From Lytechinus pictus (taxonomy: Eukaryota), in NCBI RefSeq assembly GCF_037042905.1, contig NC_087245.1:4032001-4092000 (forward strand): DNA of 60,000 nt, written 5' to 3'. This document shows positions 26,646 to 38,553 of the stretch, one piece after another (the first letter of the stretch is position 1; the number at the start of each line of letters is the position of its first letter). A model generated the notes under the pieces. It made no database searches and was not told the origin of the DNA. It saw only the letters and a program-made list of their open reading frames with translations. Both the position numbers and the translations under genes were made by a program.

Positions 26646-28937
26646 GGTGACGTGATTCTTGTGGTTTAACTTTTTGCAGATTTAATGACAATTATTTTTA
26701 TTTCATTCTTACTTTTTCCTCTTTAATGGCAGGCGATGTTTCAAGATATTTTCTTGAATTATGTAATGGATAGACTAAAGGTAGAATATAATATTTGCAA
26801 ATTAAAGTTGAGGAATGTAGTTTTTTTCAGTTTCATCAATACTTGTGATATATTTGGGAGCCTTTTGCCCTTGGATTGTAATCCATATTCATGTCGGTCT
26901 CTAGCTTCTGTCACATTGAATCATGATATTATTATATCATAAATAAGGGGTTATTTGAGGAATATGCTCAGCTCCAAAATAAGGGAGGAAGCTTGCAATC
27001 TCAGATGAAATGTAAGGAAGAATTAGCTTAAGTTAAGTCATCAGTTGTCACTCTAATGCAAGATTTGGATCTGAAGTTTAATATCCGTCCTCTTACAGGA
27101 AAAGTTTTCAGGAAAGGTTCTCCAAACCTATTACCTGCTCTGATATCTAAATGGATGCATTATTTTTGTTTATACTGAACATTCCCTTTTCGATGACAAA
27201 TTTTTCGTGAATTTTAGTAGATAGTTAAGTGTTTGTTTGTTTTAGAAGCCTTTGTGCTATTTCATTGTCATAGTATTTATAAATATCAAATGAATGATAT
27301 GGAGATATATTGGTTTATGTATCTTTCCTTGATGACTTGGGAATAACCTCTACATATAAAGGGGCTTACAAAAATAGATTACTTTAATTAATTTTCGTAG
27401 AAACCTTCCTTTTGGCACCTTTGGATCACAGTCATGATGGCTTGATCGTTATCATGTTCCAAATGGGTCTTAGGAAAAGCACCTCCTCCCAAAATAAAAG
27501 TCATGATGACCTTCATTAGGGGGAGGCTGGGCATTAATGTTCTTGCCTCTTTGCCAAAGATGTAATCCCTGTGGAATAAGCAGACGTTAGCATGTCATTA
27601 GTGCAAAGACAGAAGGGTTCTAAATCCTACGACTGAACTTGGATTTATGCCCTTCTTTGACTTACAGTTGATGCCTAAATCCCCAAATGAGAAAGAGTTT
27701 CTGCTATATCTCACCCCTCGTATATGATAAGGTCACATTAATGGTTAATTGTAGACAATGAATATATTACAGCCAATGTCAGCTTTCATTAACTTCACAA
27801 TATGACTATGGGTGGCCTTACTTTATTGGGATTTTACATGTATATTTTCTTTTACACTTTGATTTCTCAGTCCGGCAATGTGGTTTAAAAAGGTTTTAAA
27901 AAATTGTTTTTACACATGTAAAAGTTGTCCATTATTAAGGGGCCAAATTGAAGATGAATCTTTACTCTCTTTTGAAGCAATGTATATTTAGTGATTTAGG
28001 GTAGCTATTATGTTCAATTTTTAAATGATTAATAACAATACACAACAAAATTTTTGTATAATTTTCTTAACTTTTACCTCCATAACTATAAATTTAATAC
28101 CAGCAGCAGCAAAGTTAAGGGTGCGGCATTAAGTTGAGCTTAGGGCTGATCTAGCAAAAGATATGTCCACTCTTTCAGATGAAAATTGCAATCCAATTAC
28201 TTTTAGTTTTGTGAATGATTTCTTCTTGTAGGTCTTATAACAATTTCTTTGAGACTTATTATTTGTTAGCTTTGTATAGAATATTCAAAATAACAACTTT
28301 TTTTTTTTTTTTACATTTTGATTCATCAAATTCTATAAACCACCAATGTGGAATACATCTATTTTCATTAGTGCATTTTAATTGAGCTTTGTCTATATCC
28401 ATATTCTCACTTCTTTGTCTTGCTTACCGTGATGTAGGTTATCCCTTCTATTTTTGGTTTAGGGTGGAAGGGGTACCCCTACTTGATTACTAAGCTTAAT
28501 AGGCATCCTGTCATGTAAGGATAATCACACTCGCCTTCTAAGAAAAGAATAACCTTCAAAGGTGAATGAAACTCACAACCATCTCATTAAACTCAGACTT
28601 GCCTGGTCAAGGGCAAATAATATTGATCACAGGGAAATCATTAATTGCTTTGATTAAAAACAAAGATGTTGAATCTTCATATTGCCAATTAAAGGTTATT
28701 TTCCGTTTTTAGTCTTTAACATTAAAAGCAGTACAATCATGAGAGAAAACAAAATCTTTAAGTATCTTGGGAAATTTCAAGGGTTGCCATTGTCACATAA
28801 TTGTATAAAGGGGCATAGTTTTGATTCACAATTGAAATAAGTAGCCTGAAATAATAGCATTTTGATATAAACCTGTCTTGAACCATCAACCTCCCAATCA
28901 TTAGACCCTTTCTCTGAACCATAATGCAGATGTCTGA

Positions 28938-29747
28938 GGCTGCGTTTATGCGACCTCAAGCCAGAATCATGATTTGAATCATGATTTGAATCATGATTCA
29001 AAACACAAACATGAATCACGATGTCACAGAATCAGCGTTTAGACGACCTTCATTACAATGCTGTTTCTCCTCAGATTCGGGCCAATCCAGTGCGCATCAC
29101 TAGTGCGCAGTTTGACAGAGGAAGTTTTTCGCACGTGTTTCGGCTCTCGAAAAATCTTTTGCTTCCAGAATTCAGTCTATACCTAATTTTGTTTACTTCT
29201 ATAGGGTCCATATGCTTCTATTCATCTTGTTAGTTTATCCAAAATGGTGTTCGGAAGTGAATTTCAGCGTAGATCCAACTTAATATTAACACTCTATACT
29301 CAACAACAACTGAGATCATTGTCTGTCCAGTTAATTCATTCACTAGAACTTGAAGTTGAAGACATGACCAAAAAATGAAAAGTAGTGGACGATGCGATGA
29401 CCAACACAGAACTTGAACATGACAAGAAATGCATGCAGAGTAACCATGTATATACAATGAGCATATAGAGAGCCTTGAGCTTGGCAAGAGTCAAACCGAA
29501 AGTAGCCCGACACAGTGAGGTCATATAATCATGATTCAAATCACGATATCGTTTATTCGAACATTTTCATACGTGATTCTGTAGAAACGTCTTTCCAAAC
29601 GCCCCTTTTTTCGTAGTTCATGTTTGTGATTCTAATCATGATTATATTCAATTTCGACTAAACGCAATCGTGATTCTGCAGAATCGTGATTTGAATCATG
29701 ATTCAGATCATGATTCTAGGGTGAAAAAGTGGCGGATAAACGCACCC
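28938..29747. mobile_element. Non-autonomous PIF/Harbinger element (810 bp)
   Basis: TGA|GGCTGCGTTTAT ... ATAAACGCACCC|TGA (3-bp TSD); subterminal tandem copies of GAATCATGATTT at both ends; CpG-rich. Confidence 0.85.
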
Positions 29748-31690
29748 TGATAGTGAGGATGAACAAACTCAATCAAAGGATTTTCTCAGATATCATCTCT
29801 AGAGACCATTATTGGCCTGACTTCAACATCAAAACTTGTTGGATTATAAATTCAGTTTGTATTTGTTGGTATGACCCATATAACTGTTCCTCAAAGGAGA
29901 TGATATTCAAGACAGGTGGTGGCCGAGGATGTCACTTTCAGAGATATTTTGGTCTTTGTGATAATAATTTGAGTCAGAAAGGACAGAGGGGCATCCCCTA
30001 AAAATAAAAAGGTACAATTTCATAAAAGTCAAGTTAATCTGACTGGTGTGTGTTAGTCTTTCATATTTCAGACTTAAAATTTTCAAGTTTTCATGCAAAG
30101 TATTATGTGAGGATCTGTAATATTATCAGCCACTTCTAAACTATGTGAGCTGTTTCCATTTTTAAAATTAGAATTGTTTGACTAAACTCAATACTTATTT
30201 ATATTATAAACTTAGCTCTTCTTTCAGAGGGGGGGGGGGCTCTTTCTAACCCATCCATCTCCCCTCTTTCTCTCTCTTGCTTTCTTTGCCTCATGTGTAT
30301 TTTATTTTCTTCCCACATGATTCTTGATCATCAATGAACAATCCCCACCCTCCATCCCCATAATGCACATCCTTCCTCCTTGCCCTATATCTATATTTCA
30401 GAGCCAGCTACATAATAAACTTTCCCTTAGATTTCCAAGGACCTGCTTTAATTCTTGTGTCATTCTATTTTTGGTGGAAAAATGAATGTTGCGGAAGAGC
30501 CCTAGGTTTTTAAAAGCAAGTCTTCAAATATTCAGTGGTAGCTAAGTTTGAACCATGCAAGCTGTTGTGTGGATTATAGAAAAGAGATGAAGAGCTTGAG
30601 TAATGTAGATCATGGGGAAAAAGGAGCCAGTAAAATTATTTGTATGTTACATGTTGGATGGGAAATAATCAAATAGAAAATAAATGAAATCATTGCCAAG
30701 TCACAAACTCCTCATCTTCGATTTCCTTCATGACAAATTTCACTCGTTCAATATGCTGCAAGAGACATTGTGGTTCCATTTTAAAGAAGGTATTTTACTG
30801 AGATTCCAAAAATACTTTTTTTCAAACCTCAAAAAGCTCTTCCAATCTAGAGTATATACGACAGGTGCCAGCAGTTAAGATGAAAACAAGCTGATGAACA
30901 TGGAGAGAAGGATATCCGTTATTAATATTTAGAGACGGTCAATATGAAAGATAAACCTCACAAGGTCACCTGTGTGTATAAACCAGAGAGGCAAAATAGG
31001 GGAGAGACCTAACACCAAAAATAGCATTCATTCATTTTATATCTAAAAGTCATGGAAATTAAAATTTTGAATAGAGTTGAAGAAGAGGATAGCTTAATTT
31101 TCTTCATGTCAACGATGTAAATATTTAATTTAGAGTACGTTCCCATTGTGAAGGTATTTTTGGGGGCTGGTGGAGAGATAATATGCATGATAGAATTCAT
31201 TTGTATCATCATATTTTGTGTTACCCATTTACAAAACAGATTTTTGTTAAAAACAAATTGACCAATGTTTGGGCAGTTGTTAGAGTTAATTCAATTTGGA
31301 AGAATTTGATGAATTTCCTTCTTTTCCTGTCCTGACACAATAAGTCAAGTCAATGATGAGACAGGAGGGGTGAAGATTGATAGGGACAGAAAGGAAAAGG
31401 GCTGGAAATATTCATATCCTAAATCAATTGAGAAAAGGAATAAGGGGTAAAAATTTTTAAAATGTGATAAGATACATTCGATGTAAGATTTTTCTAAGTT
31501 TATTTTGGTTTTGACAATATTTGATGCACGTTGTTCATATTTCATTTTCAAGCATGAATAGTAAAGCATAGGGTGGCAACCTGAAAGCTTTGCAAAGAAA
31601 ATCAGAATTATATGCAGGTATTCTTTTCTGAGTATTGGAGTGTTTATACTAGGCTTATTAGACATGTTTCTTACCAAATTTTCTTTGTAC

Positions 31691-31898
31691 GGCGATAGCT
31701 CAGTCGGTAGAGCAGGGGATTTGTATTCCGGTGACCCGGGTTCGATTCCCACTTGGTGCGCTAGTGCCCTTTGGTAAGGCATTAATCCTCATTACCAGGT
31801 CCTTTGGAGAGGACCTTAAGCCGTCAGTCCTCTGGTTGCTTGCTTACAAGCATTCATGCTTTCTTAGCAATCAGGTAAAAAATCCCCACCAACCAACC
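31691..31898 (+). mobile_element. tRNA-derived SINE, third family (Deu-domain-like body)
   Basis: A box TAGCTCAGTCGGTAGAGC, B box GGTTCGATTCC, body gtcctttggagaggaccttaagccgtcagtcc, (CCAA)n tail. Confidence 0.85.
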
Positions 31899-32100
31899 AT
31901 ATCCTTGCATAATGATTTTTTAACAAACATTTGGTTATGGATAAATGGATGTAATAGTAGGTATTTGTTTTGAATGTCTAAATGAATTTTATCATTTGGG
32001 TAATCAGACATTGTCTCTTTTCTTTTCATATTCCCTAATTCATGTGATCAGTAATATTCTAACCATTTTCTATCTTCTCTTGTTTTGTTTTTCCTTGTAG

Positions 32101-32223
32101 GATCTGCGTGACGAGTGCCTGAAGTTACATGGTAGAGTACGAGATCTGGAAGTTCAGAATCGGAATCTAAGGTGCCTCTTTGATCAGAATAGATTCAAGC
32201 AATCCATCCCTTCTCCATCACAG
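32101..32223 (+). CDS. NCKAP5: NCKAP5-family exon 4 (DLRDECLKLHGRVRDLEVQNRNLRCLFDQNRFKQSIPSPSQ)
   Basis: Long pyrimidine tract then ttgtag|GAT; donor CAG|gtaaaa; 123 nt, phase 0/0. Matches the recalled family motif DLREECxKLKxRVFDLExQN. Confidence 0.92.
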
Positions 32224-32478
32224 GTAAAATGGTCATTTATACACTATCCTAATCATTTCTTTTCTCATTCATCTTCTTCTCCTCCTCCACTTCTGTCTTC
32301 TCCCTGTCCTGATCTTTCCCTTTTTTTTCTTCCCCATTTTTTATTTTGTCCTAGTTTCCGTATCATTTTCTTGTGAGTTCCTTTCTTTCTTATTCATCAC
32401 TCTGCTTTCTTTGATGTATGATTGAATATGTTACAGTCTATTCACTTATTTCCCTTATATCAATTTCTACACCTACAG

Positions 32479-32739
32479 TCTTCTTCACATCAGCAATATG
32501 TTTCCTATGGAAGTACCTCACCAGGTTTGGCAGGTTGTTCAATACCAGTCCTTACACCCTCAGCATCTTCCCATTCTTCATCTTCATCAGCCTCACCTGG
32601 TCTCTATGCACCCTTCAACCATCCACTGAGGACCACCAAACATCAACGGTCAGAGCCTGGTCCTTCTGGCTCAACCCCAGAGAGTGGCAAGGATCCACCG
32701 CTTAGCCCTCGCTTGTTGCAGGGACAAGCTCCTAAGAAG
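32479..32739 (+). CDS. NCKAP5: NCKAP5-family exon 5 (Ser/Pro-rich, SSSHQQYVSYG...QGQAPKK)
   Basis: Acceptor cctacag|TCT; donor AAG|gtaagg; 261 nt, phase 0/0; lies within ORF 32422..32772. Confidence 0.75.
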
Positions 32740-33204
32740 GTAAGGGCCATCATCATCAAGGGGGTTCTTTGAATTCATTAACCTGTGTTTTGGCACTATT
32801 AACATACGAGGTGTTTCACAAAAAGTATTTTCTAACTTTATACAGGGATAGTTATATGTTGATAGGCAATGAGTTGTAAATCTGTTGTATACTGGAGCCA
32901 GGTGATCTCTGTATAAAGCGTATGGTAATGACAGATATGCCAGACTGTTCATGCCATTAACTCTTTTGAGGGAAGTGGATGTTTTTAAGTAATTTTTTAT
33001 GTAGCTACAGATTATCAAATAGTTTTGTTTTCTTATTTGGAACCAAAGCCCTGTTGTAAATTGGTTAAGTTATTGTAAAGCAGCCCATGAATATATTATG
33101 AAGGGGAAAAATGTACATCTCTTATTCATTAAATTGCTGAGTGTGATGAGACAGAACAGTTTGAAAAAAAAAATTCTCATAATTAAAATGAAATGTCAAA
33201 TCTG

Positions 33205-34199
33205 TTTTTGTATCACCTGCATAGCAGAGTGAGACTATGAGGCCGTTCTCATTACGCTTTCTAAAACTAGTTTACTGGAAACCAATTCAGGAAACCACTT
33301 TAGAAGATCGCTTTGCTAGCGTTCCCACTTGATCACACGAAAGTGGTTTTCAAAATCACTTCACGTAAAGCGCTCTTGTTGCTATGGAAACGCTCTCAGT
33401 GGGGTGATACGTTTCGCGCGAAATTCGAAACCGCAGCATGGGCATTCTACACCTGTCGTGTGGAGTAGCGTGCTCAAAATGTGCGTAGATCGCTTCCCGA
33501 AGAACGGTTGTGTCCTCACTTACGCTAAAACCAGTTTAACGAGGCAAAGCAATCTTGAAAACTACATCGCGAGGTGTAAAAGGTCATTTAGGGTCAATGA
33601 ACTTTGGCTAAATTGGTGGTATATGTTGAATTACCATCATAACTTTGAAAGTTTATGGATCTGATTCATGAAACTCGGCCATAAGAGTAATCAAGTATCT
33701 TTGAACATCCCTCCGAGTTTCAGGTCACATGACCAAGGTCAAAGGTCATTTAAGGTCAATGAACTTTGGCCATGTTGGAGGTATTTGTTGAATTACCATC
33801 ATATCTCTGTAAGTGTATTGGTCTAGTTCATAAAACGTGGACATAAGAGTAACCAAGTATCACTGAACATCTTGTGCGACTTTCAGGTCACATGACCAAA
33901 GTCAAAGGTCATTTAAGGTCATTGAACTTTTGCCATTTTTGAGGTAATTATTAGATTGCTGTCATAACTTTCAAAGTTTATAGATATAGTGTATAAAATG
34001 TGGATATAGGGGTAATCAAGTATCACTGACAAGTTTTAGGTCACATGATCAAGGTCAAATGTCAATGAACGTAGTATTGTATCATTATATGAATGGTGTT
34101 TTTTGTGAATAATTATTTTATAGTAGTTTTCAAAGTCAGCACTGCTGCTATATTAAATCGCGTGATGCAGGTGAGACAGCCAGAGGCATTCCACTTGTT
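33205..34199 (+). mobile_element. Helentron/HINE-like non-autonomous element with an internal tandem array of about 162 bp units
   Basis: Subterminal inverted repeat TCACCTGCAT (33213) / ATGCAGGTGA (34165); T-rich insertion site; 3' end CTTGTT; about 3 tandem units beginning aggtcatttaaggtcaatgaactttggc at 33581, 33743 and 33906. Confidence 0.7.
33241..33577 (+). mobile_element. Harbinger-like fragment nested in the HINE-like element
   Basis: Begins TGA|GGCCGTTCTCA; CpG-rich and unrelated to the host's tandem units; no right TIR found. Confidence 0.55.
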
Positions 34200-34912
34200 T
34201 TTTTTATAATTTTACATTATGTTACTTTCCACATCTGTTGCCTTTCAGATATAGATGCCATTGTATAGAAAATATTTCATTAATTTGAGGAGTTTTTCCC
34301 CCAATGCTTTATAAAATAATTACATCATTTATGGTTTCTAACAGAGAAATATTAATTGATTCTTAAACATTATATTTGAAGTTATGCAGTAAACTATGAA
34401 TAGGGCTGAAACCTGCAATTGACCTGCATTTCTTCAATATCAAATTTCCAAATCAGCCCTATCTAAATCTTAGGAAGGAAAAGTAAATCATGACATGGCA
34501 AACTCGCAAAGTCAAGGTTAGGTACGCATCCTTCCTTGAAGTTTGTTTAGCGAATATTGATGTATATCCATTGCATGGAACTGTATCACATCCAAAGAGC
34601 TTTCTCAAGGATCAAAATGGAGAATGCCTTTTCAAATGACTCACCGATCTTGTTTGAAGCAACTTTTATTATGAAAAATAGAAATCATCTGAAGCAGATT
34701 AACATTGGCATGATAAAAACCGTAGCATTTGTGCTCATTTTAGATAGGTGGAGGTTTTTTTTTCATGGTGTAGATCACTTTATTTGCGATTTCCTTTCAA
34801 ATTTTTTGAAATGTTAGGTGATATAGATTTAGGAACAACAACTAGGGATACCCACAATCCTTCATGCATGAATATCTTTTGATACATGATTTTGTCTTTT
34901 TTGTGTGTACAG

Positions 34913-37524
34913 CTTGACCACAGTGGTTCCCCAGTGAAGACAGCAGACCAGTCCAAAGAAACCAATCCTCAGTGTGACACTTATCAAAGGCTAGTCAGGC
35001 AGCAATATCAGCAATACCGTCATCACCATTCCCAACAGCAGCTTCAACAACAACGCACACTACCTCAAGAGATCCTAAGACAGCTGTCAGCTCCAGCTAA
35101 TTATCCAGCATCATCCTCTCCACATCACGCAATGCAACAGGGTAGGACACCAGCAATCAGGGGCTTGGATCCCTTCCTCCCATACCAGTGTGAAGTGTCT
35201 GGGGTAGAAGGTGCAGGTGAGGGGATGGGTATGGAAGACTACTCTTGGTCCACAAGTCCTTCAGATGCATTTCCGTCGTCCATGGGGCATTCTTCTTTGC
35301 CAAATACTCCAGGAAGGATGGGTGTCTATGATGAGGCCTTGAATGGTAACATGCCTCTCAGTGGAAGCCTTGGGGCTAGGATTGCTAAAATGCAAGTGAT
35401 GGGAGAGGATAGGCTTGAGAGGAACTCACCACCAGAAGTGCAGGATGGGCGCAATGGATACATCCTCGGGGACCAATACACTAAGCCTTATGTTCATGCA
35501 CCATTCCATTATGCTCAAAGTCTTCTCAAGGAGCTACAAGAGATAAGTGCCAGTGTTAAAAGCTTTGAAAGTCTCACTCTAGAACCTAAACCCAGTCACC
35601 AGCAGAAAAGGAAAGCAAACGATGGCCAACCTGTCCTGCAACGTCAGAAACTTGCCAAAAACTTTTCACCGAGTGCTTCCAATGCAAGCAGTGAGTCTCT
35701 CAATAGTGCTACCTCTCCAAAACATATGATGGACAGCACAAGTAGTATGACAAGTACAGAGAGCATGGAAACAACTTTAGAGAGGATTCCACCGACTGTT
35801 CTTTCTCATGGTAGTCCTCTAAGACAAGAACATCATCTTCAATGGAGACCTGAGTATGGAGGAAACAAGGTTCCTGATAGAACTTCTCAATTCCCTCCTG
35901 ATACCCCATCACCACCTACCACAGATATTGAACCATCGGAAAGGGACTATCAGCACTCCCGGTATATGCGGAATAGACAACACAGTGGTGGGTCCTGTCC
36001 AGAAAGAGAGTCATCATCAAGGGAACATGAATCAGATAGCAAGGGTGATATCAGTCTCTCTTCTGGTAAGGGTAATGTGAACAAGGCCATTGATAGGTAT
36101 CAGGAGAAGGTTAAGAATGCAATGAGTGGGAGAAGAGACAATCAACAACTTCCTGTTAAGAATCAGATGCCTGCTCTCAGCATGAGAGACAAAGATGCTA
36201 TTAATGAGGCTCAAAGGAACTTACAAATATCTCAAGATAATGAAATGGCTTGCGGAAAGGTCTCACATCAGCCTGTCAGAGATGATGGAATAGAGGGGTC
36301 GTATTCTGTACAAGATTCAATCTGTTCAAGGTCAGTCTTTGGCAGGGTAAAGGCACAGGTGCAGAGCAGCAGTACTGGATATCCATCCGAAAAGACAAAG
36401 TCCGATGAGGATGTTCTCGAAAGTGTAACTACCCAGGTAAAACCTAAGCTGAGTAGGCAACGAGCAGCTGAATCAGTGAATCAGAATATAGAGATGCTGG
36501 CAGGAGAGGGCAGCAAGCATCTTTGTCAAAGTTCAGCAGAGAGTCCGCTGGAAAAGAGCCAAGCATCAAGGCAAGCTTTGCCACAGTTGAGAGACAATGA
36601 CCCTGATGACATGTCTAGTCCAATTTGGAAGCGCAAGTCACAGATGGAAGCATATAGGTTAGATGAGGATGAAAAGAGAGGGGATGAGGAAGATGATGTT
36701 GATGAAAGTGCAGATACAGACTCAAGAGTTGCATCATTTATGACAGCTCCAGATGTAAAAGGCAAAGAAGAAAATGGACAACTTTTATCAAAATATGGAA
36801 ATGAAGCAAACAGCAAATTATCTCCAAAGCATTACGCTGGTAAAATGCAGTCTCCTAAGTCGTGTAGAAAGTCAAGTTTACCACTCCCCGCCCCATCTGC
36901 TGTTACTGTGGCAACGAGTAAGCCATCTGGAGCAGGTCTGTCGCAGAGTGTGGGATCAATTGCTAAAGCAGATGTCGGTGTGGTAAATGGGATGAAATCA
37001 GCGCAGAGTGGAGATGCAGGGCTAGATAGATTGGATACGAGTAAAGCAGTAATGAGAGATGAAAGCAGTACAACAGCAGGAATAAAGGATGAGACTGCTT
37101 CCAAACCATTACTGTCAAAAGGAGAGGCAGGGAATGATCAAGGGAGTAAGAGTGTGGTGAAGGTACAGGGTAATGTAGTAGGAGCAGAGAAGATGAGACA
37201 ACAAATCCCAGTCAGGACTAGCAGAGAAGCTACAGAATCTCTCCTGCAGAAGACTAAGATGCAGTTCAATCGTGGGGAGGTTGGGAGATGTTCTCTCGGT
37301 GCCAAGATGACACAACTATCCAAGAAAGGTGCACCGTCTCCATCAGAACGCCCGTTATTATCCCACAATGCAACAGGACGTGGCCCTCTAGCCATGGCTG
37401 CCTCCGCGAAGGATGTGGATGTACCTGTATTGGAATCATCGCCACGGTTACCAGGAAGACGGCAGATGACTCCAGAGCATCTACGCAATGAAAGAGATTC
37501 TCTTGGAGACATGGTTGAATTCAC
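34913..37524 (+). CDS. NCKAP5: NCKAP5-family exon 6, large disordered exon (about 870 codons)
   Basis: 880-aa ORF 34886..37528; acceptor gtgtacag|CTT; donor AC|gtgagt at 37525 (phase 2); higher GC than the flanking introns. Confidence 0.88.
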
Positions 37525-38405
37525 GTGAGTATTATTAGACATGACTCTAATTAGTTTGAAAGTTGAAAGCACAAAATTCAAAATCCGGTGTGCTTTAATG
37601 TTGATTTACCTGATTTTGAAATAAAAAAGCTGAGGATGTATCAGCTGATCAGTGATGCTGTAATCAAATAATCTCTACAAAGCAAATACTAAATATGAAC
37701 ATATTTGCACTCATAGATTTTAAAAATAAAAACTGAAAACAATTGTATTTGAAAAAATAAACAACTTGGTCACATTATGTTTAATCAGATGATACTGAGA
37801 ACAGTTAACAGATCTGGAATCACTCACTTGTACATCATTTATAGCAGACACTGTATTGAACCTGTTTCAGCTGTACAGCACTTCATTTGATGTGTTAATT
37901 GAAATTAGATTATTTTACTGCCATAAATTTGATTTGTCTTTAAAAAGGTGTTTTGTTACAATAATGTTTAAAAAATGAATGAAATCCCTTTGGAGGGGAA
38001 GTGCATTAAAAAAGAAGTATATGTTAAGTGTATATGGTCAAGGGTATTGGAAGTCATTGTTCAGCTCTGAAAGATGTTAATATCTCACTCTCCAGATAGA
38101 CAGCAGGTTGGGAATCACTTAAAGTCCCAGCTGTGTTTGCATCTATCAGTTTAGAAGTCTCTGTTGTACAATGTATCCGGTCTCTAGTCATCTTCAAGAC
38201 TGAATTAATCATCCTCTCTTTATCTCTGTATGACAACTTTATTTCTGAGAGACAACACATCATCTCCCTTCTCTTTCACCTTTCATCTATCTCTATCCGT
38301 TTCATTTTATATATATTGCTCTTTCTCTCCCCATCTATGTCTCTTTCTATATCTTTATACTTTTCTTTTTTATCTCTCCTCTTGCTTTATGTCTTACATG
38401 ATGCA

Positions 38406-38553
38406 CAGTTGTGCTCAAAAGTTCATGAACCCCACCAGAAAATGCACTCCTTCAGGGAGCGCAGAAAACCGGACTTAAATATAGAAAACATGACAGAACA
38501 GTTTAAATGTGTTTATTTTTTGGGTGGGGTTCACTAATTTTTGAGCACCACTG
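38406..38553. mobile_element. Tc1/mariner-like MITE (148 bp)
   Basis: TIRs of about 31 bp: CAGTTGTGCTCAAAAGTTCATGAACCCCACC / GGTGGGGTTCACTAATTTTTGAGCACCACTG; right flank TA, left flank CA. Confidence 0.8.

Noticed and set aside
31691..31770. tRNA gene (also at 20671, 22350 minus strand, and 58524)
   Set aside because: A and B boxes are present, but there is no closed acceptor stem and each continues into a SINE body.
33581..34070. CRISPR-like array
   Set aside because: Whole units of about 162 bp are repeated, there are no unique spacers or cas genes, and the context is a eukaryotic intron.
36032..37581. Antisense ORFs over exon 6 (similarly 48358-50317 over exon 9)
   Set aside because: Shadow frames of the long coding exons, with no independent gene structure.
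38133..38537. 134-aa ORF or extra exon after gcacag at 38408
   Set aside because: It is a pyrimidine-rich tract followed by a Tc1-like MITE (38406-38553).
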